64,000 bases of DNA from an uncultured Thermoplasmatales archaeon (GTDB lineage Archaea; Thermoplasmatota; E2; UBA202; DSCA01). Shown in pieces: positions 1-10,100 of this stretch (position 1 is its first letter; each line of letters begins with the position of its first letter). Where the stretch lies: assembly GCA_964414415.1 (NCBI GenBank), contig CAYPWJ010000001.1:7007-71006 (forward strand). Reading direction: 5' to 3'. The translations under genes and the position numbers were made by a program. A model generated the notes under the pieces. The model made no database searches, was not told where the DNA came from, and saw only the letters and a program-made list of their open reading frames with translations.

Positions 1-2
1 CG

Positions 3-569
3 GGCCGCAGCCTGGAGGAGACCCTCGAGATGGAGATCATGCGCGTGACCGGCAAAGCCAGGGACCAGATGGGCGAGATCGCCAGCCATCATCTCGGCTT
101 GGGCAATGCTGCGGTCATCATGGCCCGTTCCGGCGCCCGAGGCTCGATGCTCAACCTGTCGCAGATGGCCGGCTGCGTCGGTCAGCAGGCCGTCCGCGGC
201 GAGCGCATCCACCGCGGATACAAGGAACGAACGCTCCCGCATTTCGAGAAAGGCGATCTGGGTGCCGATGCGAAGGGATTCGTGTCAAACAACTACAAGA
301 AAGGGCTCAACCCGACGGAGTACTTCTTCCATTCCATGGGTGGCCGCGAGGGCCTCGTCGACACCGCGGTGCGAACCTCTCGCTCCGGATACATGCAGCG
401 CCGCCTCATCAACGCGCTTGAAAACCTCAAGATGGAGAACGACGGCACCGTCCGCACGACCTACGGCGACATCGTACAGTTCCAGTACGGCGAGGACGGC
501 GTCGACCCGATGAAGAGCACAGGCGGCGACGCCGTTGACGTCTCCAGGCTCGCGGAGGAGGTGGTCTAA
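3..569 (+). CDS. rpoA1: DNA-directed RNA polymerase subunit A' (C-terminal part, truncated by window edge)
   Basis: Motifs [44 protein letters not shown]; frame open from window start. Confidence 0.97.
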   Translation, partial: GRSLEETLEMEIMRVTGKARDQMGEIASHHLGLGNAAVIMARSGARGSMLNLSQMAGCVGQQAVRGERIHRGYKERTLPHFEKGDLGADAKGFVSNNYKKGLNPTEYFFHSMGGREGLVDTAVRTSRSGYMQRRLINALENLKMENDGTVRTTYGDIVQFQYGEDGVDPMKSTGGDAVDVSRLAEEVV

Positions 570-2396
570 ATGGCGAAGAAGGACACCATGATGGCGCTGC
601 AGCGCCGCGGCCTGAGTGAGGAGCTGTCATCGCAGCTGGCCGAGGAATACACGCTGTCGTCGCTCCGGCAGGCCGACGTCGAGGAGCTGACAGATGCAGG
701 GTTCGACGAGGACGACGCAAAAAAAGCCATCGAGGCGGTCGGCCGGAAACAACGGTCTGCACAGGCGGCTGCAGAGGAGGAAGAGGAGACAGAGCCATCT
801 GAAAAGCAGCAGGTCATCAACGAGTTCTCCGAGATCAAGGGCATCGGCCCGGCGAAGGGAGCAGCACTCTACGAGTCAGGCTTCCGGAGCATGGACGAGC
901 TCCACCTGCAGCCCATCGAGACGATCGCCGAGGTCAAGGGCATCGGCAAGAAATACGCCAGCACCATCAAGCAGCATATCATCCCGCCCAAGGAGGAAGC
1001 CATCGAGTTCTTCTCCGAGATCAAGGGCATCGGCCCGGCGAAGGCCGAAGCGCTGTGGGACGCCGGCTGCCATAACGAGCTCGACCTGAAGGTGACGCCG
1101 GAGTACGAGCTGGAAGAGGTGGTGGGCAACGCCGCGGCGAACATCAAGGAAGCCGTCGGTCACGTCAACGCCCGGGATATCCTGCGGCGGGTTGACCACA
1201 TCCCGCAGCCATCCTACGAGGAGCCAGAGGAGCGCGCCGTACTTCGGCAGCGCATCCGCGATATCGCCGATGCACGGGATGAGTTTCTGCCGCCGGCTCT
1301 CGAGGACGACGCCATCGAACAGGCTGTCAAGCGGGACATGACGGAGCATGAGCTGGAGGAACTCGTCGAGCGGGTCATCGATGAATACAACGCGTCGTTG
1401 ATGGATCCGCTGGAGGCCTGCGGCATCGTCGGCGCGCAGTCAATCGGCGAGCCCGGCACCCAGATGACGATGCGGACGTTCCACTACGCCGGCGTCGCGG
1501 AGATCAACGTCACGCTCGGGCTGCCCCGCCTCATCGAGATCGTGGATGCCCGGAAGCAGCCGTCGACCCCGATGATGACTGTCTACCTCGAAGGAGAGTA
1601 CAAGGTCACCCGGGAGATGGCTACCAAGATCGCGAACAAAATCGAGATCACCCGCCTCATCAACATTGCGGAGGTGACGACGGACCTCGGCAACATGGTG
1701 ATCATCATCGCACCGCACAAGAAACCCCTCGACCGCAAGGACATCAGCATGGAGGACATCGAACGCCGCCTCAACACCATCCGGCGCGTCGAGGTCGAGC
1801 GTACGGGCGAGACGTTCGAGGTCGCCCCGACCGAGCCGACCTACCGGGAGCTGCAGCGCATCAACGAGGACATCAAAAACCTCAAGATAAAGGGCATCAA
1901 GGGCATCAAGCGCGCGGTCATCCGGAAGGAGCAGGGCGAGTACGTCATCTATACGGAGGGGAGCAACTTCGAGAAGATCCTTACCATCGAGGGTGTCGAC
2001 AAGACGCGGACGACGACCAACGACATCTACGCCATCTATAACGTGCTGGGCATCGAGGCCGCCCGGAACGCCATCATAAAGGAGGCGCATAATACCCTGC
2101 AGGAGCAGGGATTGAACGTGGACATCCGTCACATCATGCTGGTGGCTGACACGATGACCTCGGATGGCACCGTCCGCCCCATCGGCCGGCAGGGCGTCAG
2201 CGGCGAGAAGAGCTCCGTCATCGCCCGGGCGGCCTTCGAGATCACCGTCAATCATCTGTTGCGGGCGGCCAAGCAGGGAGAAGTCGACGAGCTTCGCGGC
2301 GTCGCGGAAAACATCATCGTCGGGCAGCCCATCAAGCTGGGCACGGGCTCCGTTGAGCTGTCGGTCGACGTAGAAAATGTCAACAAAGGTGAATAA
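570..2396 (+). CDS. rpoA2: DNA-directed RNA polymerase subunit A'' with N-terminal helix-hairpin-helix repeats
   Basis: [60 protein letters not shown]; extra N-terminal ~200 aa with three KGIG motifs. Confidence 0.96.
   Translation: MAKKDTMMALQRRGLSEELSSQLAEEYTLSSLRQADVEELTDAGFDEDDAKKAIEAVGRKQRSAQAAAEEEEETEPSEKQQVINEFSEIKGIGPAKGAALYESGFRSMDELHLQPIETIAEVKGIGKKYASTIKQHIIPPKEEAIEFFSEIKGIGPAKAEALWDAGCHNELDLKVTPEYELEEVVGNAAANIKEAVGHVNARDILRRVDHIPQPSYEEPEERAVLRQRIRDIADARDEFLPPALEDDAIEQAVKRDMTEHELEELVERVIDEYNASLMDPLEACGIVGAQSIGEPGTQMTMRTFHYAGVAEINVTLGLPRLIEIVDARKQPSTPMMTVYLEGEYKVTREMATKIANKIEITRLINIAEVTTDLGNMVIIIAPHKKPLDRKDISMEDIERRLNTIRRVEVERTGETFEVAPTEPTYRELQRINEDIKNLKIKGIKGIKRAVIRKEQGEYVIYTEGSNFEKILTIEGVDKTRTTTNDIYAIYNVLGIEAARNAIIKEAHNTLQEQGLNVDIRHIMLVADTMTSDGTVRPIGRQGVSGEKSSVIARAAFEITVNHLLRAAKQGEVDELRGVAENIIVGQPIKLGTGSVELSVDVENVNKGE
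825..1044 (+). repeat. 34-bp exact direct repeat (825-858 and 1011-1044) encoding [11 protein letters not shown]
   Basis: ttctccgagatcaagggcatcggcccggcgaagg occurs twice. Confidence 0.9.
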
Positions 2397-2399
2397 ATA

Positions 2400-2678
2400 A
2401 TGGATATGCAAAAAGAACTAAACCGGCTTCTTGCCACGGGACAGGTCTACATTGGTGCCAAGGAGGCGCTGAAGCACCCCGACGACGTGAAGCTCTTCAT
2501 CGTGGCTTCCGACTGCCCTGAAAAGCAGGCGGTGCTGGAAGCAGCTGACGAGACCCCGGTGTTCCTCTATCAGGGCAGCGGCATGCATCTCGGGACCATG
2601 TGCCGGAAGCCCTTCAGCGTTTCCGTCATCAGCGTGGTCGATGAAGGCACATCGAACATCATGGAGCTGAGCTCATAG
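2400..2678 (+). CDS. rpl30e: 50S ribosomal protein L30e
   Basis: L7Ae-family size; G.KE, IVASDCP, LGTMCRKPFSVSVI; canonical position after rpoA2. Confidence 0.9.
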   Translation: MDMQKELNRLLATGQVYIGAKEALKHPDDVKLFIVASDCPEKQAVLEAADETPVFLYQGSGMHLGTMCRKPFSVSVISVVDEGTSNIMELSS

Positions 2679-3101
2679 ATGGAAATCCGGCTGTCGAACG
2701 AGGAGATGCAGTACATCGCGCTGGCGGAGGACGTCACCAACGCCCCCGTCATCGACTGCATCGAGATGGACGACCGCGTGACGTTCATCGTCGAGCACGG
2801 CAAGCTCGGCAAGGCCATCGGGAAAAATGCGAAGAATCTGAAGCGCCTTGAAAACATGCTGAACAAGGAGATAAAGTTCGTTGAAAACGACGACGATGTC
2901 AAACGATTTGTCAGGAATCTGTTCAAGCCGTTCGATGTCGAGGAAATCGTCGTGATGGAGGGCGAGGAGGGCCCCCGGGTCAACGTCACCATTACCCCCG
3001 AGGACAAGGGAAAGGCCATCGGGACGAACGGCCGGAACATCAACATTCTCCGGGAGATCGCCAGGCGGCATCACAACGTCGAACGGCTGAAAGTCCTGTA
3101 G
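2679..3101 (+). CDS. nusA: Archaeal NusA-like KH-domain transcription factor
   Basis: Two KH motifs, GKAIGKNAKN and GKAIGTNGRN; operon position. Confidence 0.93.
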   Translation: MEIRLSNEEMQYIALAEDVTNAPVIDCIEMDDRVTFIVEHGKLGKAIGKNAKNLKRLENMLNKEIKFVENDDDVKRFVRNLFKPFDVEEIVVMEGEEGPRVNVTITPEDKGKAIGTNGRNINILREIARRHHNVERLKVL

Positions 3102-3105
3102 CTCC

Positions 3106-3555
3106 ATGCAGTTTCTGTGCGACCGGATGCTGGGCACCCTGGCGAAATGGCTGCGCATCCTTGGCCATGACGCGGCGTATGCCACCGATGGCGACGACGA
3201 TGCACTGCTGGCGCGAGCCGCCGCCGGGCAGCGTGTGCTGCTCACGCGGGATAGAGAGCTGGCTGAACGGGTGGACAGCACGGTCTTGATAGAGAGCACC
3301 GAGCTGGAGGAGCAGCTCCGGCGTGTCCTCGATGCCGCTGGTGTGGAGATATGCGAGGATGCGCTGCTGACGAGATGTATCCTGTGTAACAGAGAGGTCG
3401 TTGCAGTGGATAAGGCCGGGGTGGAGGACGAGGTCCCCGTCCATGCATACCAGACGCACGAGCAGTTCTGGCGATGTCCGTCATGCGGACGTGTCTACTG
3501 GAGGGGGACACACTGGGATAACATGCGCCGGTTCATCCGTCGCCTTAAAAAATGA
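3106..3555 (+). CDS. Mut7-C RNase domain protein (PIN-like with Zn ribbon)
   Basis: FLCDRMLGTLAKWLRILG, LLTRD, RCILCN, CPSCGRVYWRGTHW. Confidence 0.9.
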   Translation: MQFLCDRMLGTLAKWLRILGHDAAYATDGDDDALLARAAAGQRVLLTRDRELAERVDSTVLIESTELEEQLRRVLDAAGVEICEDALLTRCILCNREVVAVDKAGVEDEVPVHAYQTHEQFWRCPSCGRVYWRGTHWDNMRRFIRRLKK

Positions 3556-4104
3556 TTACCAGAGTTCTCCCCGGTAGAACGGGGTGAGCGGGCATCCCAT
3601 GCAGCGGTGCGTTTGGTAATGCGTGCATGAGGGACAGGCGCAGTGCCTGCATTCCGTGCCGTTGGGAAGCTGCAGTGGATGGGTGACCTCGTTTTGGGCT
3701 GCGGTGATGGTGTCGTAGTGGAGCAGCTGCAGCCCGTCGCGTTCCTGCAGGCGGGCGGCGAGGGAGTGGATGGTTGATTCTGTTTCGCCGACCATGAAAA
3801 GCGACAGCCGCGTCGCGTTTGCCATGTGGAGCACGTCGACGATGTAGGGGCAGTTGTAGAAGGATGCATGATGTTCCTGCCCGTTGTTCAGGGCGATTTC
3901 TAGCTTTGCGAGCGGCAGGTTGAGCTGTTTCACGTTCATGCCGACGGAGCGTGAAAGGAAGCCCCGCTCGGTGAGTTTTTTTATGCGGAGGCTGACCGCT
4001 GGCTGTGATAGGTCTGCCGCTGCGGCTATCTCGCTCTGGGAGGCGTGTGGCTCCTTCTGGAGCACCCGGATTATTTTTCTGTCTTTGTCGTCCAGTCCTG
4101 CCAT
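3556..4104 (-). CDS. Lrp/AsnC-family wHTH regulator with Cys-rich C-terminal tail
   Basis: LDDKDRKIIRVLQ...SQSEIA...LSQPAVSLRIKKL; tail CRHCACPSC...RCMGCP. Confidence 0.8.
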   Translation of the reverse strand: MAGLDDKDRKIIRVLQKEPHASQSEIAAAADLSQPAVSLRIKKLTERGFLSRSVGMNVKQLNLPLAKLEIALNNGQEHHASFYNCPYIVDVLHMANATRLSLFMVGETESTIHSLAARLQERDGLQLLHYDTITAAQNEVTHPLQLPNGTECRHCACPSCTHYQTHRCMGCPLTPFYRGELW

Positions 4105-4193
4105 GTCAGCACCGGTTCACACGTGCTAATAACCTCATACTTTATAAGCTTGTTTATACTTTATAACTTTTGTATTTGTGCTCTATCGGGGTA

Positions 4194-4550
4194 TTATGTG
4201 TCGCTTGCGGCGAACTCTTCGGTGAAGTGGTCGAGGCTCTTGTGCATCCGGCGGTGCCATCGCTCGATGCAGGCCTGGATGTGTTCCTTGACCGTTGCGG
4301 GGGGACGTGCGCGGTAGATGAAGTAGCGGCCGCCTCCGTCGACGAGCCGCCGTTCCCTGGTGCAGAATCCGCCCTCGACGAGCCGCTGGAGGGAGCGGTG
4401 GATGGTGCTCCTGTCTTTGTCCATGGCTGCGGCAATGTCGGTTGCGCGCTTTTCGTGGCGGAGGAGATGACGGTAGATGTCCAGGTCGAGTTGGGTGAGG
4501 TCGAAGAGGATGCAGAGCATGTCTCCACATTGTATGCCGTCAGCTGCCAT
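4194..4550 (-). CDS. wHTH transcriptional regulator (TrmB-like, COG3355-like)
   Basis: LFDLTQLDLDIY...DIAAAMDKDRSTIHRSLQRLVEGG...GGRYFIY. Confidence 0.8.
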   Translation of the reverse strand: MAADGIQCGDMLCILFDLTQLDLDIYRHLLRHEKRATDIAAAMDKDRSTIHRSLQRLVEGGFCTRERRLVDGGGRYFIYRARPPATVKEHIQACIERWHRRMHKSLDHFTEEFAASDT

Positions 4551-4577
4551 TGATGGTGGTATGGGGGCCGGCGTACT

Positions 4578-4610
4578 TAACGTTTGTGCAATATTTATGC
4601 AAAAACGTTA
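4578..4610. promoter_or_regulatory. Imperfect palindrome spanning divergent promoters of the regulator gene and trxA
   Basis: TAACGTTT-G-TGCA-ATATTTA-TGCA-A-AAACGTTA, with TATA-like boxes on both sides about 25 bp from each start codon. Confidence 0.55.
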
Positions 4611-4636
4611 TATATTCCCTGTCTATTGCGCCATCC

Positions 4637-5035
4637 ATGAGCGACAAAACTGAGAAGATCAAGAAAAAAAAGATGCAGCAACTCCTGGAAAAAGTAAAAA
4701 GGGGTTCCACGATGCCCGGCAAACCCATAGACGTCACCGACGATACCATCGAGAAGGTGGTGCAGGAGCACCCGCTCGTTGTCGTCGACTGCTGGGCACC
4801 CTGGTGCGGCCCCTGCAAGATGCTCTCCCCCGTCATCGAGGAGCTCGCCGGGGACATGCAGGGCGACGTCGTCTTCGCCAAGCTCAACACCGACGAGAAC
4901 CAGCAGACAGCCAAGCAGTACGGCATCATGAGCATCCCCACGCTCCTGCTCTTCAAAGACGGCGAGCTCGTCGACCAGCAGCAAGGCGCCCTCCCCGAGG
5001 ACATGCTCCGCTCATGGATTGAGCGATACGCATGA
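4637..5035 (+). CDS. trxA: Thioredoxin
   Basis: WAPWCGPC and SIPTLL; start chosen at ATG 4637, downstream of a TATA box at ~4608. Confidence 0.93.
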   Translation: MSDKTEKIKKKKMQQLLEKVKRGSTMPGKPIDVTDDTIEKVVQEHPLVVVDCWAPWCGPCKMLSPVIEELAGDMQGDVVFAKLNTDENQQTAKQYGIMSIPTLLLFKDGELVDQQQGALPEDMLRSWIERYA

Positions 5036-5472
5036 AAAAACGCGCCGCGGCGGTGGTGCTTGCGGCGATAGCCCTCACAGCCGTGACCGCCGGATGCCTG
5101 GAGGGAGACACTGAGGAAAACGATACCCCACAGGCAGTCGAATGGGTCTCCTACGATACAGCCCTCGAACAGAGCGAGGCAACAGGGAAGCCCGTCATGG
5201 TAGACTTCTACGCCGACTGGTGCGGCCCCTGCCAGCAGATGGATGAAACCACGTACCAAAACCAGGAGGTCATCCAGAAAATAACAGACTCGTTCATCGC
5301 CGTGAAGGTCAACGTCGATACACAAGGGTCTCTGGCGTCCCAGTATGGCATCCGCTCTATCCCCACCATCGTCTACCTGGGCGACGACGGCAGCGAGATA
5401 CATCGAACCCTCGGCTACCGGAGTGCCTCCCAGCTCCTCTCCGACATGAACGCCGCCCTCCAAAAAACATAG
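5032..5472 (+). CDS. Thioredoxin-fold lipoprotein (extracytoplasmic thiol-disulfide oxidoreductase)
   Basis: Signal peptide with lipobox TAGC; FYADWCGPC; SIPT. Confidence 0.85.
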   Translation: MKKRAAAVVLAAIALTAVTAGCLEGDTEENDTPQAVEWVSYDTALEQSEATGKPVMVDFYADWCGPCQQMDETTYQNQEVIQKITDSFIAVKVNVDTQGSLASQYGIRSIPTIVYLGDDGSEIHRTLGYRSASQLLSDMNAALQKT

Positions 5473-5747
5473 CAAGGCGGATACGAGGGGGAGGGAGGCG
5501 TGGAAAGACGCCAGATCCCCGTATCCACAGCCCAAAACGGCTATCAATTAAAAAACTGTCTATTTTTTCGAGCCGAAAAAAATCGAAAACTATAACAAAT
5601 ACCGCGCCGGAGCCGCAGATGCCCCAGTACCTGCGCCACCGTTTTTTTATCCGTTTGCGTGACGTCACACCGGAAGAGGGAAGCATGACAGTAACGAATA
5701 AAAACCGGCAGGTGTTTTCCGTATAGCTATGTGCAGGAGGTATACGG

Positions 5748-6266
5748 TTGATTGAACGCAGGCAGGTGTATATCGCTCTTGCTTTTTTCACTGTTTTCTC
5801 GATCGGCATCAGCACGGGAACCCTGCACATATACACGACGACGGGCGAACAGCTCATAGATATGAAATTCAATTATACGCCGGATGAGGTATACGAGACG
5901 CTTACAGGCATGGGAGAGGAAGGCCGAGATGTCTATCTATACGTGATGCTGGCCGACCTGTACTATCCCCTTGCCTACGGTGCGCTGCTCATGCTGGCCA
6001 TCGGATACGTCATACAGCGCGTGTTCTCCCCGGAAAGCATGCTGCAGAAGCTCATGTTTCTGCCGCTGATAGCAGGGAGCGCCGACGTCGGAGAGAACGT
6101 GTGCCTGGCGACGATACTCTATGCATTTCCCGCCCGCGTTGACGACGTCGCCCGGGTGGCAAACGGCTTTACGATAGTCAAGAACCTCGCGCTGCTGGCC
6201 TCCATAGTCCTCGCCATCGGCGGGCTGCTGTATCTCTGGAGGAAGCGGAAAAAGGACGCCGAATAA
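5748..6266 (+). CDS. Hypothetical membrane protein (~4 TM)
   Basis: Hydrophobic segments, D..EN motif, GGAGG RBS upstream of TTG. Confidence 0.7.
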   Translation: MIERRQVYIALAFFTVFSIGISTGTLHIYTTTGEQLIDMKFNYTPDEVYETLTGMGEEGRDVYLYVMLADLYYPLAYGALLMLAIGYVIQRVFSPESMLQKLMFLPLIAGSADVGENVCLATILYAFPARVDDVARVANGFTIVKNLALLASIVLAIGGLLYLWRKRKKDAE

Positions 6267-6355
6267 GTGCCTGTCCCGGCGGGACGACGAACGCTCAGCG
6301 CAGCCCGTGACCGGGGAGAAAAATGCTTTAAGCCCGTCGGCGTTTGTGTCATCCG

Positions 6356-7102
6356 ATGGACGAAAACCAGGTCAAAGCCATCCTGGAACGGCTGGCGGAG
6401 GGCGACATCGACGTCGAAGAGGCACTGCACGAGCTGCGCTATGCACCGTTCGCGGATATGGGCGACGTCAAGTTCGACATGCATCGCGAGATGCGCACCG
6501 GTGTCCCCGAAGCCGTCTATGCTCCCGGGAAGGCCACCGACGACATCGTCGCCCTCGTCGAGGCGGCCGACGCGGCGCCGCTGTTCATCACGCGGGCGGA
6601 CCGCGAGACCTATGAGGCTGTCGCCGAGGTCGCCGACGCCACCTATCACGAGCGGGCGCGGCTCATCGTCGTCGCGTCGACGGCGGAGCGGGACGACGCC
6701 ACGATTGCGGTGGTCAGCGCCGGCACCTCCGACGTACCCGTGGCGGAGGAGGCAGCCGTCGTGGCGGGTGCGCTCGGCCACCATGTCGAGGCGGTGTACG
6801 ATGTCGGTGCCGCCGGCATCCATCGGCTGCTCGCCCATGCTGAGGCGCTTGCCGCCGCCGACGTCATCGTCGTCGCAGCAGGCATGGACGGCGTGCTGCC
6901 CTCCGTCGCTGCGAGCCTGTTCACTGCACCGATCGTCGGGCTGCCGACCAGCGTGGGCTACGGCGCCGGCCGCGATGGATATGCGGCGATGCTGACGATG
7001 CTGAACAGTTGCTCGCCGGGCGTCGCAGTCGTCAACATCGACAACGGCTACGGCGCCGGGGTGTTCGCCCATAAAATAGTGGCGCAGCGCACCCGGGATT
7101 AA
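6356..7102 (+). CDS. larB: Nickel pincer cofactor biosynthesis protein LarB (NCAIR mutase-like)
   Basis: RTGVPEAVYAPGK, SAGTSDVPVAEEA, DVGAAGIHRL, AGMDGVLPS, PTSVGYG, VVNIDNGYGA. Confidence 0.92.
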   Translation: MDENQVKAILERLAEGDIDVEEALHELRYAPFADMGDVKFDMHREMRTGVPEAVYAPGKATDDIVALVEAADAAPLFITRADRETYEAVAEVADATYHERARLIVVASTAERDDATIAVVSAGTSDVPVAEEAAVVAGALGHHVEAVYDVGAAGIHRLLAHAEALAAADVIVVAAGMDGVLPSVAASLFTAPIVGLPTSVGYGAGRDGYAAMLTMLNSCSPGVAVVNIDNGYGAGVFAHKIVAQRTRD

Positions 7103-7176
7103 CACGTCGCTCCAGAAGGCGAAAGCAACATGTTTATATATAACGTATATATTCTTTGTGTGCCGGGATGGGAAGC

Positions 7177-10100
7177 ATGCGCCTTAAGGAAGTGCAGTTG
7201 GAAAATTTTAAATCCTTCGGGAAGAAGATTACGGTCCCGTTTCTCCCCGGCTTTACCGCGATAACGGGCCCCAACGGGTCCGGCAAGTCAAACATCTCCG
7301 ACGCGATCCTGTTTATCCTGGGGCCGCGCAGCCCGAAGACCATCCGGGCGGGCCGGCTCACCGACCTCATCTACAACGGCAAAAAAAACGTCAAGCAGTG
7401 CAAAGTTTCACTCGTCCTGGAGGACGGCGACGAGACCATCCGGCTGACCCGGAAGGTGAAGCGCTCGCCGCTGCCCGACGACCCCGACAACTACTACAGC
7501 TATTTCTACATCAACGACAACGCCTCCTCGTTGACAGAGTTCGTGCAGCTGCTGTCGTCCGCCAACATATCAGACAACTGCATCGTGCAGCAGGGCGACG
7601 TGACCGCCATCGTCGAGATGGGCGACGTGCCCCGCCGGAGGATCATCGACGACATCGCCGGCGTCTCCGAGTTCGACAAGGACATCGAGAAATCCGAGAA
7701 GGAAAAAGAAGAGGTTGAGCAGAACCTCGAGCACCTCGGCATCATCCTCAAAGAGATAAAGAGCCAGCTCCGCAAGCTCAAGCGGGAGCGCGACGACGCC
7801 CTGCAATACCGGGACATGCAGGAGGAACTCAAGCGCACGAAGGCGATGCGCTCCTACAAAAAACGGCTGGAGGTCGAAAAAGAGATCAACGAGATCGAGA
7901 AGCAGATCAAGTCGTACAAGGACGAGCGGGAGCACCTCAAGGAGCAGCGGAAGGAGCTGCAGCAACGCTACCGGGACAAGCAGCTGGAGCTCCAGGAGCT
8001 CGAGGACAAGATCGCCGACCTCGGCGGCGAAGAAATAGAGGAGCTCAAAGAGCAGATAAACGAGGCGCGTGAGGAAGCCATCAAGGCCAAGGAAAAAATC
8101 AACTACTACAGCAAAGAGATCAGCGAAGGCAAGCAGGAACGCGAGGAACTCGAGGGCACCCACGAAAAACTCGAGCAGGAGGTCAGCTCCTACAGGAAAG
8201 AAATAGAGAAGCTCGAGCAGGAGCGCGACGAGGTCGCGCAGCAAATCAAGCGGCGAAGCGACGAGCTGGAGGACATCAAGGAACGGATGAGCAGCTCCGA
8301 CGAGCGAGCGATGGACATCACCCGCAGCCTCGCAAAGATAAAGAAACGCTACGAGCAGGAGCGGCAGGCGCTGCACGAGCTGGAGCTCGAACAGGACCGG
8401 CTGGAGCAGCAGCGGGAGAGCCTCGACCTGGCCGTCTCTGAAATCGAGGAAGACAGGCAGACCTACGAGTTCGAGCTCAAGGACGTCAAATGGCAGCTCA
8501 AGGAAATCAAGAAAAACAGGAAGGAGCAGCAGCAGGAGAAAGAGCGCCTGGAGCAGGAGCTCTTCGACAAGAAAAAAGAGGAGTCGGAGATATCTGAGAC
8601 GCTGCAGGAGCTCGACCAGGAGGTCATGCACCTCCAGCGGCAGCTGGCAAAGCTCAAGGCACAGCGGGAAGCCAGCAGCTACACCCGTGCCGCCCGGGAG
8701 ATCCTCAAGGCCCGCAACGAAGGCAAAATCACGGGTATCCACGGCAGCATCTCGGAGCTCGGCTCCGTTGACGATGCATACCAGCGGGCGCTCGGCGTCG
8801 CCGCCGGCCGCCGTGCAGAGGCAATCGTGGTCGACGACGACGAGGTCGCCTCGAAGTGCATCAACTACCTCAAGAAACACGACTACGGCAGGACGACGTT
8901 CCTGCCCCTGTCCAAGATGACCGCCGGCAAGCCGCGCGGCAAGGCGCTGATGACCGTCGAGGAGGACGGCTCCCACGGCTTCGCGATCGACCTGGTGAGC
9001 TTCGACCCCGAGTACAGGCCAGCGTTCTGGTACGTCTTCCGCGACACCATCGTCATGGAGGATTTAGGGGCGGCGAGGAAGGTCATGGGCGGCGTCCGGC
9101 TGGTGACCCTCGACGGCGAAATCGTCGGGTCGAGCGGCGCCATGATCGGCGGGAGCACACCGCGCAAGGCGTCGTTCGGCAAGGGCGACCAGCGCAAGGT
9201 CGCCGAGGTCAGCAAGAAGCTGCGTGAGGTCTCCCAGCAGCAGGAGGCGATGTCCGAGCGGCTGATGGAGGTCCGCGAGGAGATATCCGACGTCCAGCAG
9301 CAGCTCCGCGACTGCAGCGTGGAGGAAGACGACCAGCTGGAGCGGCTGGACGCCCGCAAAAAAGAATTCGACGGCAAACTCAAGGTCATCACCGAGCGGC
9401 TTGAGGCAAAGCAGGAGGAACGCGACGGCCTCCAGCAGCGCATCGACGAGGTACAGCAGCAGATCGAGGAAAAAACCGAGCTGCTGGAGGAGATGGAGCA
9501 GGAGCGCGAAGAGACCGAGCAGCAGCTCAAGCAGATTAGCACCGAGGAGATCACCAAACAGATCGACGCGCTGAAGGAGACGCTCGAGGAGCTGCGGGAA
9601 CGGAAACGGTCGCTGACCTCCGACATCAAAACCCGATCCAAGGAACTCGAGGTCGCAGAGGAGCGACGCCAGGAAGTCGAAGACCGGCTGCAGGCCATCG
9701 ACAGCCGGCGCGAGGAATACCAGGCGGAGATAGAACAGCTCAGGGAGATACACGAGGAAAACCAGGACGAGATGGAGGCACTGATGGAGGTGGAGGACAA
9801 CATGCTCGGGAAGCGAAAGGGTCTCACCGAGGAACGCGACGCCCTCTACAAGGAAAGCGTCGACATCGAGAACAAGATCGACAGCATCTCCACCAAGATT
9901 GAGACCAACCTCGATCTCATCTCCCGCGCCAAGTCACGGCTGCCGACGCTGGAGGAGACGCTCGGCGAGCTGCTGATGGAGACGCAGGACTACGAGTTCA
10001 GCGAGGACGAGCTGCCGGGGCTCGACGAGCTCAAAGCCAGGATCAAGGAGCTGGAGCACGAGATGGAGGAGCTGCAGCCGGTGAACATGCGCGCCCTCAA

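Noticed and set aside
5479-5529. SECIS element after the thioredoxins
   Set aside because: Both thioredoxins have CGPC with no in-frame TGA
7570-8976. Long antisense or alternative-frame ORFs (also 31993-33960, 53919-55448, 22581-24146 and others)
   Set aside because: Shadow ORFs of high-GC genes with no recognisable motifs
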